Source of the DNA: a bacterium
GTDB lineage: Bacteria; Desulfobacterota; DSWW01
Length of the DNA stretch: 64,000 nt
Direction: 5' to 3'
NCBI GenBank assembly: GCA_040756235.1
Contig: JBFLZG010000114.1
Location: 64,001-128,000 of the forward strand
Below, one piece after another: positions 35,789 through 46,343 of the stretch. Position numbers and translations under genes: made by a program. The notes beneath the pieces are model-generated. The model did no database searches. It was not told where the DNA came from and saw only the letters and a program-made list of their open reading frames with translations. Within the stretch, counting starts at the first letter, position 1, and each line of letters opens with the position of its first letter.

Positions 35789-35908
35789 TCCTGAGGGACG
35801 ATGCGTGCATGGACGCCCAGCCTGCCCCGGCCTTCGCCGGGGCAGGTTCCCCCAGCCTCCAGGCCTCTGAGTGCGACGCCGCAGATGGCCGTATATATCG
35901 ACAGCCTC
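35787..35908 (-). mobile_element. MITE-like repeat, truncated copy
   Basis: Reverse complement reads GAGGCTGTCGATA...GGCCATCTGCGGCGT...CCCCGGCGAAGGCCGGGG...CCTCAGGATT; right end missing. Confidence 0.7.
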
Positions 35909-35923
35909 AGGAGGGAAGGTGAC

Positions 35924-36943
35924 GTGACCACGCGAGATCGATCGCGCTTCTTCAAGGCCCCATGGCCTGCATTCGTTTCCCTGGTGACGGTGACCCTGTG
36001 GGTTCTCTTGCCGCCCTGCCCCGTGCCGGCTTCCGACGATGCGCAGGAGCCGGCGCCCGAGGAGTGGAGCGAACCGGCGCGGCTCGCGCCGCAGTCCCTC
36101 CTCCTGGATGCAGCGCATCTGGACGGGCGGCTGGTCGTGGTCGGAGAGCGGGGGCACGTGCTTCTGTCGGAAGACGGAGGGGTCAACTGGACCCAGGCTC
36201 GAGTTCCGACGCGGAGCCTCTTGACGGCTGCGACCGCGGTCGGCGGCCGCTACGTCTGGGCGGTCGGTCATGATTCCGTGATTCTGCACAGTGCCGACGC
36301 CGGGTCCACTTGGACGCGGCAGTTCTATGCGCCAGAGGACGAAAGGCCGCTGCTGGACGTCTGGTTCGAGAACCCGGAGCACGGCCTGGCCATCGGCGCC
36401 TACGGTCTCTTTCTCGAGACCAAAGACGGCGGCAAGACTTGGGAGGAGCGTACCGTCGATCAAGAAGAGCGGCATTGGAACGCGATCACCGCAGGCCCGG
36501 GCGGCACGCTCTACGTGGCAGCGGAATCCGGTGCCGTGTTCCGGTCCGCGGACCGCGGACAGAGCTGGGAGCTTCTGGAGACCCCTTATCAAGGCTCATA
36601 CCTGGGCGTGCTGAGCGTCACCAATAGAACGCTTCTGATCTTCGGACTGCGGGGCAACGTGTACCGGTCCGCGGATCGGGGCGAGACCTGGCAGCATGTC
36701 CCGACGGACACGACCGTCACCCTCATGGGTGGGGGCCAGCTCTCCGACGGGACCGTGCTGATCGTCGGATTGAGCGGGGCGGTTCTGACCAGCCGTGACA
36801 AAGGCGAGAGTTTCCGCACGACGAACCTTCCGGACCGCAAAGCGCTTTCAACTGTCATCGAAAATGGCCCGCGAGGCCTCTTGCTGCTGGGCGAAAGCGG
36901 GGTCGATCTGATGGAAGAGGTCCCGAGCTCTCCTTCCACCTGA
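35924..36943 (+). CDS. YCF48-like/BNR-repeat beta-propeller protein
   Basis: VGERGHVL.SEDGG..W, AVGHD..IL.S.D.G.TW, repeated Asp-boxes; GTG start after GGAAGG. Confidence 0.88.
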   Translation: MTTRDRSRFFKAPWPAFVSLVTVTLWVLLPPCPVPASDDAQEPAPEEWSEPARLAPQSLLLDAAHLDGRLVVVGERGHVLLSEDGGVNWTQARVPTRSLLTAATAVGGRYVWAVGHDSVILHSADAGSTWTRQFYAPEDERPLLDVWFENPEHGLAIGAYGLFLETKDGGKTWEERTVDQEERHWNAITAGPGGTLYVAAESGAVFRSADRGQSWELLETPYQGSYLGVLSVTNRTLLIFGLRGNVYRSADRGETWQHVPTDTTVTLMGGGQLSDGTVLIVGLSGAVLTSRDKGESFRTTNLPDRKALSTVIENGPRGLLLLGESGVDLMEEVPSSPST

Positions 36944-37052
36944 GGGTGTCTGAGAGCGAGCACTCTTTCGAAGCCTGGTGCGAAATAGCCGTACGCAGCA
37001 GGTTCCGCAGAGGGCCTTACGTCTGCACCCTCCACCTGACGTGGGAAGACCG

Positions 37053-39413
37053 ATGCTAAGAGACAGAGTCATCGCTGCCATCGAGGGGTTCGTCTTCATT
37101 CACCGGCGGTTCGTTCTGGCCTTCTTTGCCGCGTTCACGCTTCTCATGGCCTATTACGCGACCCATCTGAGGATCGATGCGGGTTTCGAGAAGCTCCTGC
37201 CCTATGACCACCCCTACATCGAGACCTTCAAGCAATACCGGAGCGATTTCGGCGGGGCCGACCGGATCCTGGTCGCGGTCCGGGCCACGGAAGGGGACAT
37301 GTTCACCCCTGAGTTCTTCAAGATCCTGAAGGGGGTCACGGACGAGGTCTTCTTCCTGCCCGGCGTGGACCGCAGCAGGGTTCAGTCCATCTTCACGCCC
37401 AATGTCCGGTTCATCGAGATCGTGGAAGGCGGGTTCTCCGGCGGCAATGTCATGCCGGCCGAATTCCAGCCGACCCCCGAGGGCATGGCGGAGGTGCGGG
37501 AGAACATCCTGAAAGCGGGAATCGTAGGCCGCCTGGTGGCAAACGACTTCACCGCCGCCATGGTAAGCGCCCAGCTGGCGGAAATCGACCCCGCCACCGG
37601 GGAGCGCCTCAACTACATCGATTTTGCCCACAAACTGGAAGAGAAGGCCCGCAAGCCTTTCGAGAACGAGCGGTTCGAAATCCACATCATCGGCTTCGCC
37701 AAGATGATCGGGGACATTGCCGACGGGGCTGCCGGGGTGGTCGCGTTCTTCGGGGTGGCGGCCCTGATCACCTACCTGCTGGTCTTCTTCTTCACCCATT
37801 CCCAGCGCGTCACCCTGCTGGCGATCCTGTGCTCGGCCATCGGCGTGCTTTGGGACCTGGGATTGCTGATGATGCTCGGTTTCGGCATCGACCCGATGTC
37901 GATCCTGGTCCCCTTCCTGGTTTTCGCGATCGGGTGCTCTCATGCGGTCCAGATGTCCAACGCCTACTCGGCGGAGCTCCAGCTCGGGGCCGACAACGTA
38001 TCGGCCGCTCGAGCCGCTTTCAGGCGCCTCGTCATCCCGGGCACGGTCGCCCTGGTCACGGACAGCGTCGGTTTCCTGACGATCTCTTTCATCAAGATCC
38101 GCATGATCCAGGAGCTCGCCATCGTGGCCGGCCTCGGGGTGATGCTGCTCCTGTTCACCAACCTCTTTCTGCTCCCGGTCCTCCTCTCCTACCTCCGGCT
38201 CGGGGATGCCTATCGGGCGCGCATGATCCGGTGGTCGGAATTCAGGGAGCGGCTGTGGAAACCCTTGTCTGCCGTGGCGGAGAGGAAGTGGGCGCCCGTG
38301 ATCCTGGGGGTGGCCGTGCTGCTGTTCGCGTTCGGCCTCTACGAAGCCAAGAGGCTGCAGATCGGGGATATCCAGGCGGGGGTGCCGGAGCTGCGTCCGG
38401 ACGCCCGCTACAACCGGGACGCGTACGTGATCACGAGCAAGTTCTCCATCGGCGTAGACATTCTGAGCACCATCGTCGAGACCGGCCCGGACGGCTGCAT
38501 CGAGCACGACGTCATGGCGGAGATGGACCGCTTCGACTGGCGGGTGGCGAACGTACCGGGCGTGCAGTCCACGATTTCCATGCCTCAGGTGGCGAAACGG
38601 ATCAGCTCCGGCTGGAACGAGGGGAGTCTGAAGTGGCGCACCCTGCCGCGCAGCTCTATCAACATGGTGCAGGCGGTGAGGCCGATCATCGAGAATCCCA
38701 CGGGTCTGATGAACCGCGACTGCAGCGCCATGCCGGTACTGGCCTTCGCGGAAGACCACAAGGCGGAAACCATCCAGAGGATCGTGGATGCGGTCAAGGA
38801 GTTCTCCAACGGCGCCGAGAAGAACAAATATCGGCTGGCCTCCGGCAATCTGGGCGTCATGGCGGCCACCAACGAGGAGGTGAAAAGGACCCAGTTCCCG
38901 ATCCTCTTCTGGGTCTGGCTGGTGACGGTCACCTTGTGTCTGATCAGCTTCCGCTCGCTGCGAGTCACGCTCTGCATCATCATCCCCTTGGGGGCGGTCT
39001 CGATTCTCTGCAACGGGCTCATGAGCCTGCTCGGCATCGGCCTCAAGGTGAACACGCTGCCGGTGGCCGCCCTGGGAGTCGGCATCGGAGTCGACTACGG
39101 AGTCTACATCTTCGGCCGTATGCAGGGGCTCCTCGCCCAGGGGAAGGGTCTGCGCGAGGCCTATCACGAGACCTTGCGCGTGACCGGGGCCGCCGTTCTG
39201 GTGACGGGCCTGACGCTGGCCATCGGCGTGGCCACCTGGGTGTTTTCGGCCCTCAAGTTCCAGGCCGACATGGGACTGCTGCTCTCCTTCGTATTTCTGG
39301 CCAACATGCTGGGAGCGCTGTTCGTGCTGCCGGCGCTGGCCTCGCTGTTCTTCCCCGCGGGCAGCAAGTCCGGAACCCGTGCGTCGGCGGCCAAACAGTC
39401 TTACGGAAGTTGA
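37053..39413 (+). CDS. MMPL/RND family transporter
   Basis: F.KLLP..HPY, IDPMSILVPFLVFAIG.SH.VQ, GIGVDYG.Y, LKFQADMG; two TM bundles. Confidence 0.92.
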   Translation: MLRDRVIAAIEGFVFIHRRFVLAFFAAFTLLMAYYATHLRIDAGFEKLLPYDHPYIETFKQYRSDFGGADRILVAVRATEGDMFTPEFFKILKGVTDEVFFLPGVDRSRVQSIFTPNVRFIEIVEGGFSGGNVMPAEFQPTPEGMAEVRENILKAGIVGRLVANDFTAAMVSAQLAEIDPATGERLNYIDFAHKLEEKARKPFENERFEIHIIGFAKMIGDIADGAAGVVAFFGVAALITYLLVFFFTHSQRVTLLAILCSAIGVLWDLGLLMMLGFGIDPMSILVPFLVFAIGCSHAVQMSNAYSAELQLGADNVSAARAAFRRLVIPGTVALVTDSVGFLTISFIKIRMIQELAIVAGLGVMLLLFTNLFLLPVLLSYLRLGDAYRARMIRWSEFRERLWKPLSAVAERKWAPVILGVAVLLFAFGLYEAKRLQIGDIQAGVPELRPDARYNRDAYVITSKFSIGVDILSTIVETGPDGCIEHDVMAEMDRFDWRVANVPGVQSTISMPQVAKRISSGWNEGSLKWRTLPRSSINMVQAVRPIIENPTGLMNRDCSAMPVLAFAEDHKAETIQRIVDAVKEFSNGAEKNKYRLASGNLGVMAATNEEVKRTQFPILFWVWLVTVTLCLISFRSLRVTLCIIIPLGAVSILCNGLMSLLGIGLKVNTLPVAALGVGIGVDYGVYIFGRMQGLLAQGKGLREAYHETLRVTGAAVLVTGLTLAIGVATWVFSALKFQADMGLLLSFVFLANMLGALFVLPALASLFFPAGSKSGTRASAAKQSYGS

Positions 39414-39450
39414 GGCCGCGGGCTCACCGCCGGCCCTACTGGCTCGATTC

Positions 39451-39525
39451 AGAGGCTGCTCGAGAATGCCTTGGCTTGCGGACAAGCCGAACCACGCCGC
39501 AGATGGGCGTTTCGGGACAGCTTCC
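39451..39525 (-). mobile_element. MITE-like repeat, internally deleted copy
   Basis: Both ends kept (AGAGGCTGCTCGAGAATGCC ... ACGCCGCAGATGGGCGTTT..GACAGCTTCC) around a short GGCTTG/CAAGCC hairpin. Confidence 0.6.
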
Positions 39526-40719
39526 AAGGCAGGACTGCTGGCCCAGTCCGCCCGCTTCGACCTCTGCGGAAACTGCGGCCGCCCCGGCAGCGGCAGGCAG
39601 CGCAGCGCTGCGCCGGAGGGGCGCTGGATCTATCCCTCCGCGCTTCCTGACGGCCGGACCGTCCGCCTGCTGAAGGTCCTCCAGACCAATCGCTGCACCA
39701 AGAACTGCCTCTACTGCGAGAATCGGGTTTCACGAGACATCCCGCGCGATACCTTTTCGCCCGAGGAGCTCGCCCGCCTGTTCGAGAATCTGCGTTCCGG
39801 AGGGGCTGCCGACGGCCTGTTCCTGAGCTCCTCGGTTTCCGGACGCCCCGACGGAGACATGGCCCGGATGATCGCCACGGCCGAGCTTCTCCGCCGGCGG
39901 TTCCGTTTCCGCGGCTATATTCATATGAAGATCCTGCCCGGCGCCAGCCGGCCGGCCATCGAGGCGGCGGCCCGGCTCGCAGACAGGATCTCGATCAATC
40001 TCGAAGCGCCGGGCCCGGCGGCCCTTGCGCGGATAGCGGCGCAGAAGGAGTTCCCCCGAGACATCGAGCCGCAGATCGCTTGGATCCAGCAGGCCGTCGA
40101 GGACCCCGGTCTGCGGGCAAGAAGCCACACGACCCAGTTCGTCGTCGGGGCCGCCGGCGAATCGGATCTGGAAATCCTCCGCTCAACGGACCTACTCTAC
40201 AGAAAGCGGGGGCTGGAAAGGGCCTATTTCAGCGCCTATCAACCGCCGGACGAGAGCGCTCCCCTGACTTCGCCCCCTGTTCCGCTGATGCGGGAACACC
40301 GCCTGTACCAGGCCGACTTCCTGCTGCGGCGGTACCGCTTCGAGCTCGACGAGCTGGTGTTTCAAGCGGACGGGCTCCTCAGCCTGGAGGTCGACCCGAA
40401 ACAGGCGTGGGCAGGGCGGCATCCGGAGTTCTTCCCGGTCGATCTGGCCAGAGCGCCGCTGGAGCTTCTGCTGCGGGTGCCGGGGATCGGACCGGTATCG
40501 GCCAAGCGGATCTGTTCCTGGAGACGGAGCGGCGTGCTGCGAGAGGGGAGCGACCTGAAGCAGACGGGCGTCGTCCTCGGCAGGGCGGCCCCGTACAGCC
40601 TGTGGAAGGGAAGGCGCGTTTCCGCGGAAGAGGGGCAGCCGAGCTTGCCCTTCAGAGCCGAGCGGGACGGTGACCGGGCCGAGCCGCGGGGCGGGTGCCC
40701 GGCGTGGGGTGCTCTGTAG
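39466..40719 (+). CDS. putative DNA modification/repair radical SAM protein with helix-hairpin-helix
   Basis: CTKNCLYC (CX3CX2C), GLFLSS, F.GYIH.KI.PGA, TQFVVGA..ESD, REHRLYQADFL.R.Y.F, LLRVPGIG. Confidence 0.9.
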   Translation: MPWLADKPNHAADGRFGTASKAGLLAQSARFDLCGNCGRPGSGRQRSAAPEGRWIYPSALPDGRTVRLLKVLQTNRCTKNCLYCENRVSRDIPRDTFSPEELARLFENLRSGGAADGLFLSSSVSGRPDGDMARMIATAELLRRRFRFRGYIHMKILPGASRPAIEAAARLADRISINLEAPGPAALARIAAQKEFPRDIEPQIAWIQQAVEDPGLRARSHTTQFVVGAAGESDLEILRSTDLLYRKRGLERAYFSAYQPPDESAPLTSPPVPLMREHRLYQADFLLRRYRFELDELVFQADGLLSLEVDPKQAWAGRHPEFFPVDLARAPLELLLRVPGIGPVSAKRICSWRRSGVLREGSDLKQTGVVLGRAAPYSLWKGRRVSAEEGQPSLPFRAERDGDRAEPRGGCPAWGAL

Positions 40720-40854
40720 GGCGCACACCTCGGAGCGGGAGCACGGCCGGTGGGGGCCGCCGTCAGGAGAAGCATATGGAGAGTGTACATTTCGTATACA
40801 AGTGATTTAGGCTTGATTCGCCGGGTCGTGTTGTGCTAAAAAGAAACCATTCCA

Positions 40855-41098
40855 TTCCCGTGCGGTGCCCGTAACAGGGCTGAAAAGGGAAGCCGGTAGC
40901 TCAGAAAAGGGCCTTTTCAAGAGCCTGTCGACAATCCGGCACGGTCCCGCCGCTGTATCCGGGGACGAAACCCGAAGGACACCACTGCTCCTCAAGCCAA
41001 CGGCTGAGGCCGGCCAGAAGAGTGCACCGGCCCCAAAGGGGAGCGGGAAGGTTCGGGGACTAGGACGATCCGGGAGTCAGAAGACCTGCCCACGGGAA
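40855..41098 (+). ncRNA. cobalamin riboswitch
   Basis: P1 TTCCCGTG/CACGGGAA; AAAAGGGAAGCCGGT...AATCCGGCACGGTCCCGCCGCTGT; CCACTG...GGGAAGG; B12 box AGTCAGAAGACCTGCC; lies upstream of a TonB-receptor operon. Confidence 0.93.
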
Positions 41099-41157
41099 CG
41101 GGGAACGCCGTCGCGTGAAACGGTGGAGCCCCCCTGAAGGACGAAGAAACCGGGTGC

Positions 41158-41197
41158 AGTCCTTGGGCTTCTATCGAGGTCCAAGGACTTTTTTTTT
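41158..41197 (+). terminator. intrinsic terminator (riboswitch expression platform)
   Basis: AGTCCTTGG...CCAAGGACT stem followed by a T tract, 60 nt after the aptamer. Confidence 0.85.
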
Positions 41198-41357
41198 GAG
41201 GCTGTCGATAAACGGCCATCTGCGGCGTTGCGCTCATGGCGAAGGGAGGCCGGGGGAGCTTGCCCCGGCGCAGGCCGGGGTCCAACCGTGACCCCCGATT
41301 ACGCCTCATTCCTCAGGATGTCGCGCGCCTTGCATCTGGCCATTTCTCAGCAGCCTC
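41198..41357 (+). mobile_element. MITE-like repeat, complete copy
   Basis: GAGGCTG...CAGCCTC ends; colinear with 8788-8953. Confidence 0.75.
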
Positions 41358-41491
41358 TCAAGAAGGTTTTCCAGCACCCTCTTTCACGGGGCAGACTCCG
41401 ATTGCCCGAGGCGCTCCGTAGCGGGAGCGCTTCTCCGAGGGCATCCGCCCCGGGGGCAAACAATCGAACCTGTGGGGAAGGAGCAACGGAC

Positions 41492-42634
41492 ATGGAGCAA
41501 AAGAAATGGGCCCGCCTGCTGCGGCGCGTGGCGCCGGCTTCCTGGATCCTCTTTGCGGCATGGGCAGCCGCGCTGGCCGGCTGCAGCGATGTGAGCCGGA
41601 TCGTCGTCGTCAACGGATCGGCGAGCGCCATGTCCGTGCTCGACCTGGCGCTCCCTCCACGGCTCACGGACGGCTTCGGAGGGATCGAGCTCGGGCCGAG
41701 CGCCAACCGTGTCGTCGTCCGGGGACCGGAAGCCTTTGTCGTCAGCTCCGGCACTTTCGGCAGCGCTCAAGACGCGAGCATCCGGGTGATCGATCTCGAG
41801 TCCGCCTCGGTCGTCCGGACGATCCCGCTTCCCGACGGGGACAGCCCCTGGGCCATGGCCTTCGTGGACGACCACAAGGCCTACGTCACGAACCTTTACG
41901 CGGATTCCATCACGATCGTGGACCCGCAGCTCGACGGCGCCGCGGCCATCCTCGGCCGAATCGACCTTCATGAAGGATCCGCGCCCGAGGGGATCATCGT
42001 GCACGAGGGTCGAGCCTACACGGCCAACACCGGGCTGAGCCTCGAGACTTTTCTGTACGGCCCCGGGACCCTGTCCGTGATCGACACGAGCTCGGACACG
42101 GTCGTGGACGCGGACGGCGACCCCTCCAACGGCGCGGACACGCCGGTGTCCCTCGCCGGTGTCAACGCCCAGGATCTCGAGGTGGACCCGGGCGGCGCAC
42201 TCTGGGTCGCCTGCACCGGAGACTGGGCCGCGACTGCAGGAACCGTGGACATCGTGGATACGGCGACCCTGTCCCTCGAGGACTCGTTGGCCGTAGGCGG
42301 TGCACCCGGAGCGGTCGGGATCGGCGCCGGCGTGGTCCTCCTGGGAGACGGCGCCGGGGCCCGTCTGTTTGCAGCGGACCTTCAAAGCCGGACGGTCATC
42401 CACGACGCTTCCAACCCTGTGGTCCTCTCCACCACCCCCTGGAGCTTCGTGCCGGAAATCCGGTTCGACCGGAGCGGCCAGGTGGCCTATGCCCTGGGGT
42501 ACATGGATGACGCGATCTTCGAGATGATCGTCCCGAACGGCCGGGTCAAGCTGCGGAACCAGTATCGCCTGGAGGCCGGGAGCGGCCCGGCCGGCCTCGC
42601 ACTGGTGTACGAGCAAGACCCGGACATGGACTGA
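41492..42634 (+). CDS. YncE-like beta-propeller lipoprotein (BtuG-like candidate cobalamin binder)
   Basis: Lipobox [22 protein letters not shown]....GRAY.AN, LSVIDT..D repeats; first gene after the riboswitch. Confidence 0.75.
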   Translation: MEQKKWARLLRRVAPASWILFAAWAAALAGCSDVSRIVVVNGSASAMSVLDLALPPRLTDGFGGIELGPSANRVVVRGPEAFVVSSGTFGSAQDASIRVIDLESASVVRTIPLPDGDSPWAMAFVDDHKAYVTNLYADSITIVDPQLDGAAAILGRIDLHEGSAPEGIIVHEGRAYTANTGLSLETFLYGPGTLSVIDTSSDTVVDADGDPSNGADTPVSLAGVNAQDLEVDPGGALWVACTGDWAATAGTVDIVDTATLSLEDSLAVGGAPGAVGIGAGVVLLGDGAGARLFAADLQSRTVIHDASNPVVLSTTPWSFVPEIRFDRSGQVAYALGYMDDAIFEMIVPNGRVKLRNQYRLEAGSGPAGLALVYEQDPDMD

Positions 42635-42671
42635 TCCGATCTTCCGGATCTTGGACAAGGAGGAAAAAGCC

Positions 42672-43823
42672 ATGTTCAAAAAGATCGCGTTCTTCAGGAT
42701 CGCGATGCGATCCCTTCCCGGCTCCGCCGCATTCGTGCTCGCCTTCAGCCTCTCAGCCTCCGCCGGTCCTTACACGGAGACGGGCATCCAGAATACGAGC
42801 GCCTCCATCGTGGGTTGGGCCGACGGCTACACCGACTTGATACGGGGGCCCATGGACATTGCGGACCCGGGAGGCGGGACCGTCACCTACGGATCTCCGC
42901 TGAACGCCGTCGGGCCCGCTTCCTGCTCTTACACGGATGTGGTCTCGCTCGGCGACGACGGCGAGATCACGATGACCTTCGATCCGCCGATCACGAACGG
43001 AGCGGGCGCGGACTTCGCGGTATTCGAGAACTCCTTCTATTCAGGCGGCAACCTCTTTGCCGAGCTGGCCTTCGTCGAGGTCTCTTCCGACGGGGTGCAG
43101 TTCGCCCGCTTTCCCGGCGTTTCCCTGACCTCCGGACCGGTGGACGGATACGGCACCCTCGATCCGACCAACGTCTTCAATCTCGCCGGCAAGCACCCGG
43201 GTTCGAACGTGACCCCTTGCCAGGGAACCCCGTTCGATCTCTCGCAGCTGGCCGCGGATCCGCTGGTCCTGGGCGGGCAGGTGGACCTCGGACAGATCCG
43301 CTACGTGCGGGTCGTGGATGTGATCGGCGACGGCAGCACCTACGACGGTTCCGGAAGGCGCGTCTACGACCCCTATCCGACGAACTTCTCGCAAGGCGGC
43401 TTCGATCTGCAGGCGGTCGCGGTCCTGAACGAGCTCGCGTGCACGGATGACGACGAGGACGGATTCGCGGTCGAAGGCGGCGCCTGCGGCCCTGCCGACT
43501 GCGACGACGGAGACCCCCTGACCTATCCGGGCGCGACTGAGGACCCCGGCCCTCCGGACCGCAACTGCAACGGTGACAGCGATTGCTTCATCGCCACGGC
43601 GGCTTTCGGAAGCCCTCTGTCCGGCAAGATCGATGTGCTCCGATCGTTCCGGGACGGAGTTCTCATGCGGTCTGCGGAAGGCAGAGCGCTGGTGGCCTTC
43701 TATTACCGCCACGCGCCGCCGTGGGCACACTGGATCGCTGAGCACGAAAGCCTCCGCTGGCTGGCCCGGGCGCTGCTCGCGCCGGTGATCGGCATGGCAT
43801 GGATCCTGTCGGGCCTGGCATGA
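42672..43823 (+). CDS. secreted surface protein with MopE-like metal-binding motif and CFI-box-CTERM tail
   Basis: SLGD.G.IT.TFD..I.NG.G.DFAVFEN.F...[11 protein letters not shown] core; DDDEDGF...DCDD.DP..YPGA.E...[15 protein letters not shown]...LR.FRD..L...FYY..PP. Confidence 0.8.
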   Translation: MFKKIAFFRIAMRSLPGSAAFVLAFSLSASAGPYTETGIQNTSASIVGWADGYTDLIRGPMDIADPGGGTVTYGSPLNAVGPASCSYTDVVSLGDDGEITMTFDPPITNGAGADFAVFENSFYSGGNLFAELAFVEVSSDGVQFARFPGVSLTSGPVDGYGTLDPTNVFNLAGKHPGSNVTPCQGTPFDLSQLAADPLVLGGQVDLGQIRYVRVVDVIGDGSTYDGSGRRVYDPYPTNFSQGGFDLQAVAVLNELACTDDDEDGFAVEGGACGPADCDDGDPLTYPGATEDPGPPDRNCNGDSDCFIATAAFGSPLSGKIDVLRSFRDGVLMRSAEGRALVAFYYRHAPPWAHWIAEHESLRWLARALLAPVIGMAWILSGLA

Positions 43824-45877
43824 GAGCCCGCACCTCGATGCGCTCTTCGAACCGACACGCATCCCGCCGGCTGTGCTTGCTTGTCGGGGCTCTCCTGGCT
43901 GCCGGCGTGGGACCGTTGGCAGGGGCTCCTGCTGAGCAGGAACCGCCGCCGCAGGCCCCCCCTGCCCGGACCGAAGCCCGGACCCCCTACGATCTCGAGC
44001 CCATCGTGGTCCGCTCCATTCGGATCCGCCAAGCCGAACGGGACCCTTCTTCGTTCGCGAGCGTGGTCGAAGCCGCACCGTACAAAGCCCAGTTCCGAAC
44101 GGTCCCGGATCTCCTCTCGCGACAGCCCGGTGTCCACCTCAGCCAGTTCGGCGGGTTGGGGCAGTTCAGCACGGTCTCGATCCGCGGGTCTTCGGCCGAG
44201 CAAGTGCTGGTCCTGCTCGACGGGATCCCGCTGAACTCGGGCGAGGGCGGCAGCGTCGATCTCTCGTCCATTCCCCTCGAGGCCCTCGAGCGGATCGAGA
44301 TCGTGCGCGGAGGGGGAAGCGCGGTCTACGGGCCCGACGCCATGGGCGGGGTCGTGAATCTGATCACGCGCAAGCCCGCCCCGGGCGAGGCCCCGCAGGT
44401 CGACGCTCAGGTCACCTACGGCTCCCTGGAAACGATCAAGGCGGCCGCCACGGCCACGGGCACCGCGGGAGGTCTGGGCTTCACGCTCAGCGCAACCCAC
44501 CTTCAGAGCGAAGGGGATTTCGAGTTCGAGACCCTCGAGATCGAGACCGAGAACGGCCAGCCGCTGCAGAGGAGCCGGCAGGAGCAGCGCATCAACAACG
44601 ACTTCTCTTCTCAGGACCTGCTGACCCGAGTCACGTACGCTCCCTGGAAGAACCTGGAGCTGGACCTGAGCAACGAGCTCTTCTACACCGACCGGGGACA
44701 GCCCGGCTTCGGCGAGCGGCAGTCCGCCACCGCTCGGCAGAAGTACCTGCGCGACGCAACCTACCTGAAAGCATCGGTGCCGCGCTTCCTGGGAGATTCC
44801 TGCAGGCTGAACGGGACCTTGTTCCAGCGCTTCGACCGCATCTCGTTCGAGGACCCGGAGCCTGCCCTGGGGGCGCCGATCGACACGCTGAGCCGGGAGT
44901 ACGCCTACGGCGGCCGGCTGGAGGCCGAGATCTACAGGCCCGTTCTGTCGAGCGACCACGTTGCGGCCCTCGGCTGGGACATCGAACAAGAGGAGCTTCG
45001 TGAAGAGGTGGCTGAAGGGCAGTCGGAGTTCGGGAGTCCCGGGAGGACAACAAACAGCCTCTACCTGCGCGACGAGGTCGTGCTGCCCGGAGGGAGGGTG
45101 AGCCTGCTGGGAGCCGGCCGCATCGAGCACAGCAGCGACGAAGGCGTCCATCCTTCCGGGAAGATCGGCCTGGTCTGGAAATTCCTGTGGAAGCTGCACT
45201 TCAAGGCCAACCTGGAGCGTGCCTATCGGCGCCCGAGCTTCCGCGAGCTCTACCATCCGGACGAGGGTTGGATCCGGGGGAATCCGGGTCTGGATGCCGA
45301 ACTGTCGACCGGCGGGGACTTCGGCCTGGGACTCAACCTGCCCAGGCTGTTTTTCGAAGCCAGCGGTTTCTACAACCGCATCGAGAACTCGATCCTGTGG
45401 CTGCCGGTCAGCGCCTTCACCCTCCAGCCGGTCAACACCGGCAGTGTCGAGAGCCTCGGGACCGAGATCGACCTCGAGGCAAAGCCCTGGGATTTCCTGA
45501 GTCTGCTGGCCAACTACACCTACGTGGACGCGCAAAGCGAGGAGACCGGTCTGCAACTGGCCGGCCGGCCGCGACACACCGTGAACGCGAGGGCCGCGCT
45601 TGAACGGACCTTCGGCAGCATCTACAGCGAGGTTCAGTACGTCAGCCGCATCCCGGTCGTTCCCACGGGCGAGCTGACCCTGGGGTGGCGGACCGTGGTG
45701 GACGCGGGATTGAAGGCGAATCTCCTTTTCCTGCCCGGGCTCGAACGGCTGAAATGGGTCCGCAGCCTGAATGCGGGGTTGGACGTGAAGAACGTCGGCG
45801 ACGTCTCTTTCCGTGATGCACAAAACTTTCCGCTGCCCGGCAGGTTGTTTCTGGGGACCCTGGAGGCGCGTTTCTGA
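43820..45877 (+). CDS. TonB-dependent receptor (BtuB-like by context)
   Basis: Plug [46 protein letters not shown]-terminal PGR......ARF; ATGA overlap with the previous gene. Confidence 0.92.
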   Translation: MRARTSMRSSNRHASRRLCLLVGALLAAGVGPLAGAPAEQEPPPQAPPARTEARTPYDLEPIVVRSIRIRQAERDPSSFASVVEAAPYKAQFRTVPDLLSRQPGVHLSQFGGLGQFSTVSIRGSSAEQVLVLLDGIPLNSGEGGSVDLSSIPLEALERIEIVRGGGSAVYGPDAMGGVVNLITRKPAPGEAPQVDAQVTYGSLETIKAAATATGTAGGLGFTLSATHLQSEGDFEFETLEIETENGQPLQRSRQEQRINNDFSSQDLLTRVTYAPWKNLELDLSNELFYTDRGQPGFGERQSATARQKYLRDATYLKASVPRFLGDSCRLNGTLFQRFDRISFEDPEPALGAPIDTLSREYAYGGRLEAEIYRPVLSSDHVAALGWDIEQEELREEVAEGQSEFGSPGRTTNSLYLRDEVVLPGGRVSLLGAGRIEHSSDEGVHPSGKIGLVWKFLWKLHFKANLERAYRRPSFRELYHPDEGWIRGNPGLDAELSTGGDFGLGLNLPRLFFEASGFYNRIENSILWLPVSAFTLQPVNTGSVESLGTEIDLEAKPWDFLSLLANYTYVDAQSEETGLQLAGRPRHTVNARAALERTFGSIYSEVQYVSRIPVVPTGELTLGWRTVVDAGLKANLLFLPGLERLKWVRSLNAGLDVKNVGDVSFRDAQNFPLPGRLFLGTLEARF

Positions 45878-46015
45878 TCCGGGTAGCGAAAGACAAACCG
45901 AGGAGCGCCGTATGCCATCACTCTTCCCTAACTGCGCGCCGGCGCAAATGTGCCAACGTATTCCTCCGGGGCAACGAGCTGGCGATTCACCGATACCAGG
46001 CCTTCTGACAAGTTA

Positions 46016-46283
46016 CGTGCGGTGGGTGCATCGCCCTCGATCGTCTCGGGCTCAAAACGCTCCGGCCGGTTCTCCTCCCAAAGGTCGGAGACTGTGGCCC
46101 TTCGGGCGTCTCGCCCTTTTCGTCCCTCGTTCCGGGCCGGGTGTGTCGGGGCACACCGCCCGGCCCGAAAATCGGGCCAGAGGACGGGATATCGAGAAGC
46201 AGACCTGCGTTCCCCGGCCTGTCGGAACTCGGGACGCCCTCCGCGACTCGCCCTCGCCTCCTCGGGCGAACACCCACCGCACG
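46016..46283. repeat. 268-bp element bounded by ~20-bp inverted repeats
   Basis: Left CGTGCGGTGGGTGCATCGCCC; right GGGCGAACACCCACCGCACG; internal hairpins. Confidence 0.6.
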
Positions 46284-46343
46284 GGCTCTGAGCAGCGCGG
46301 CGGTGTGCGGTTTGCTGAGATTCTACGCCTAAGAGGTTGGGCC

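Noticed and set aside
45813..46343. Long N-terminal extensions in the ORF track (also 2162-2692, 12884-13867, 35801-35923, 41228-41491)
   Set aside because: They run through repeats or neighbouring genes; downstream starts with RBS or signal peptides fit better.
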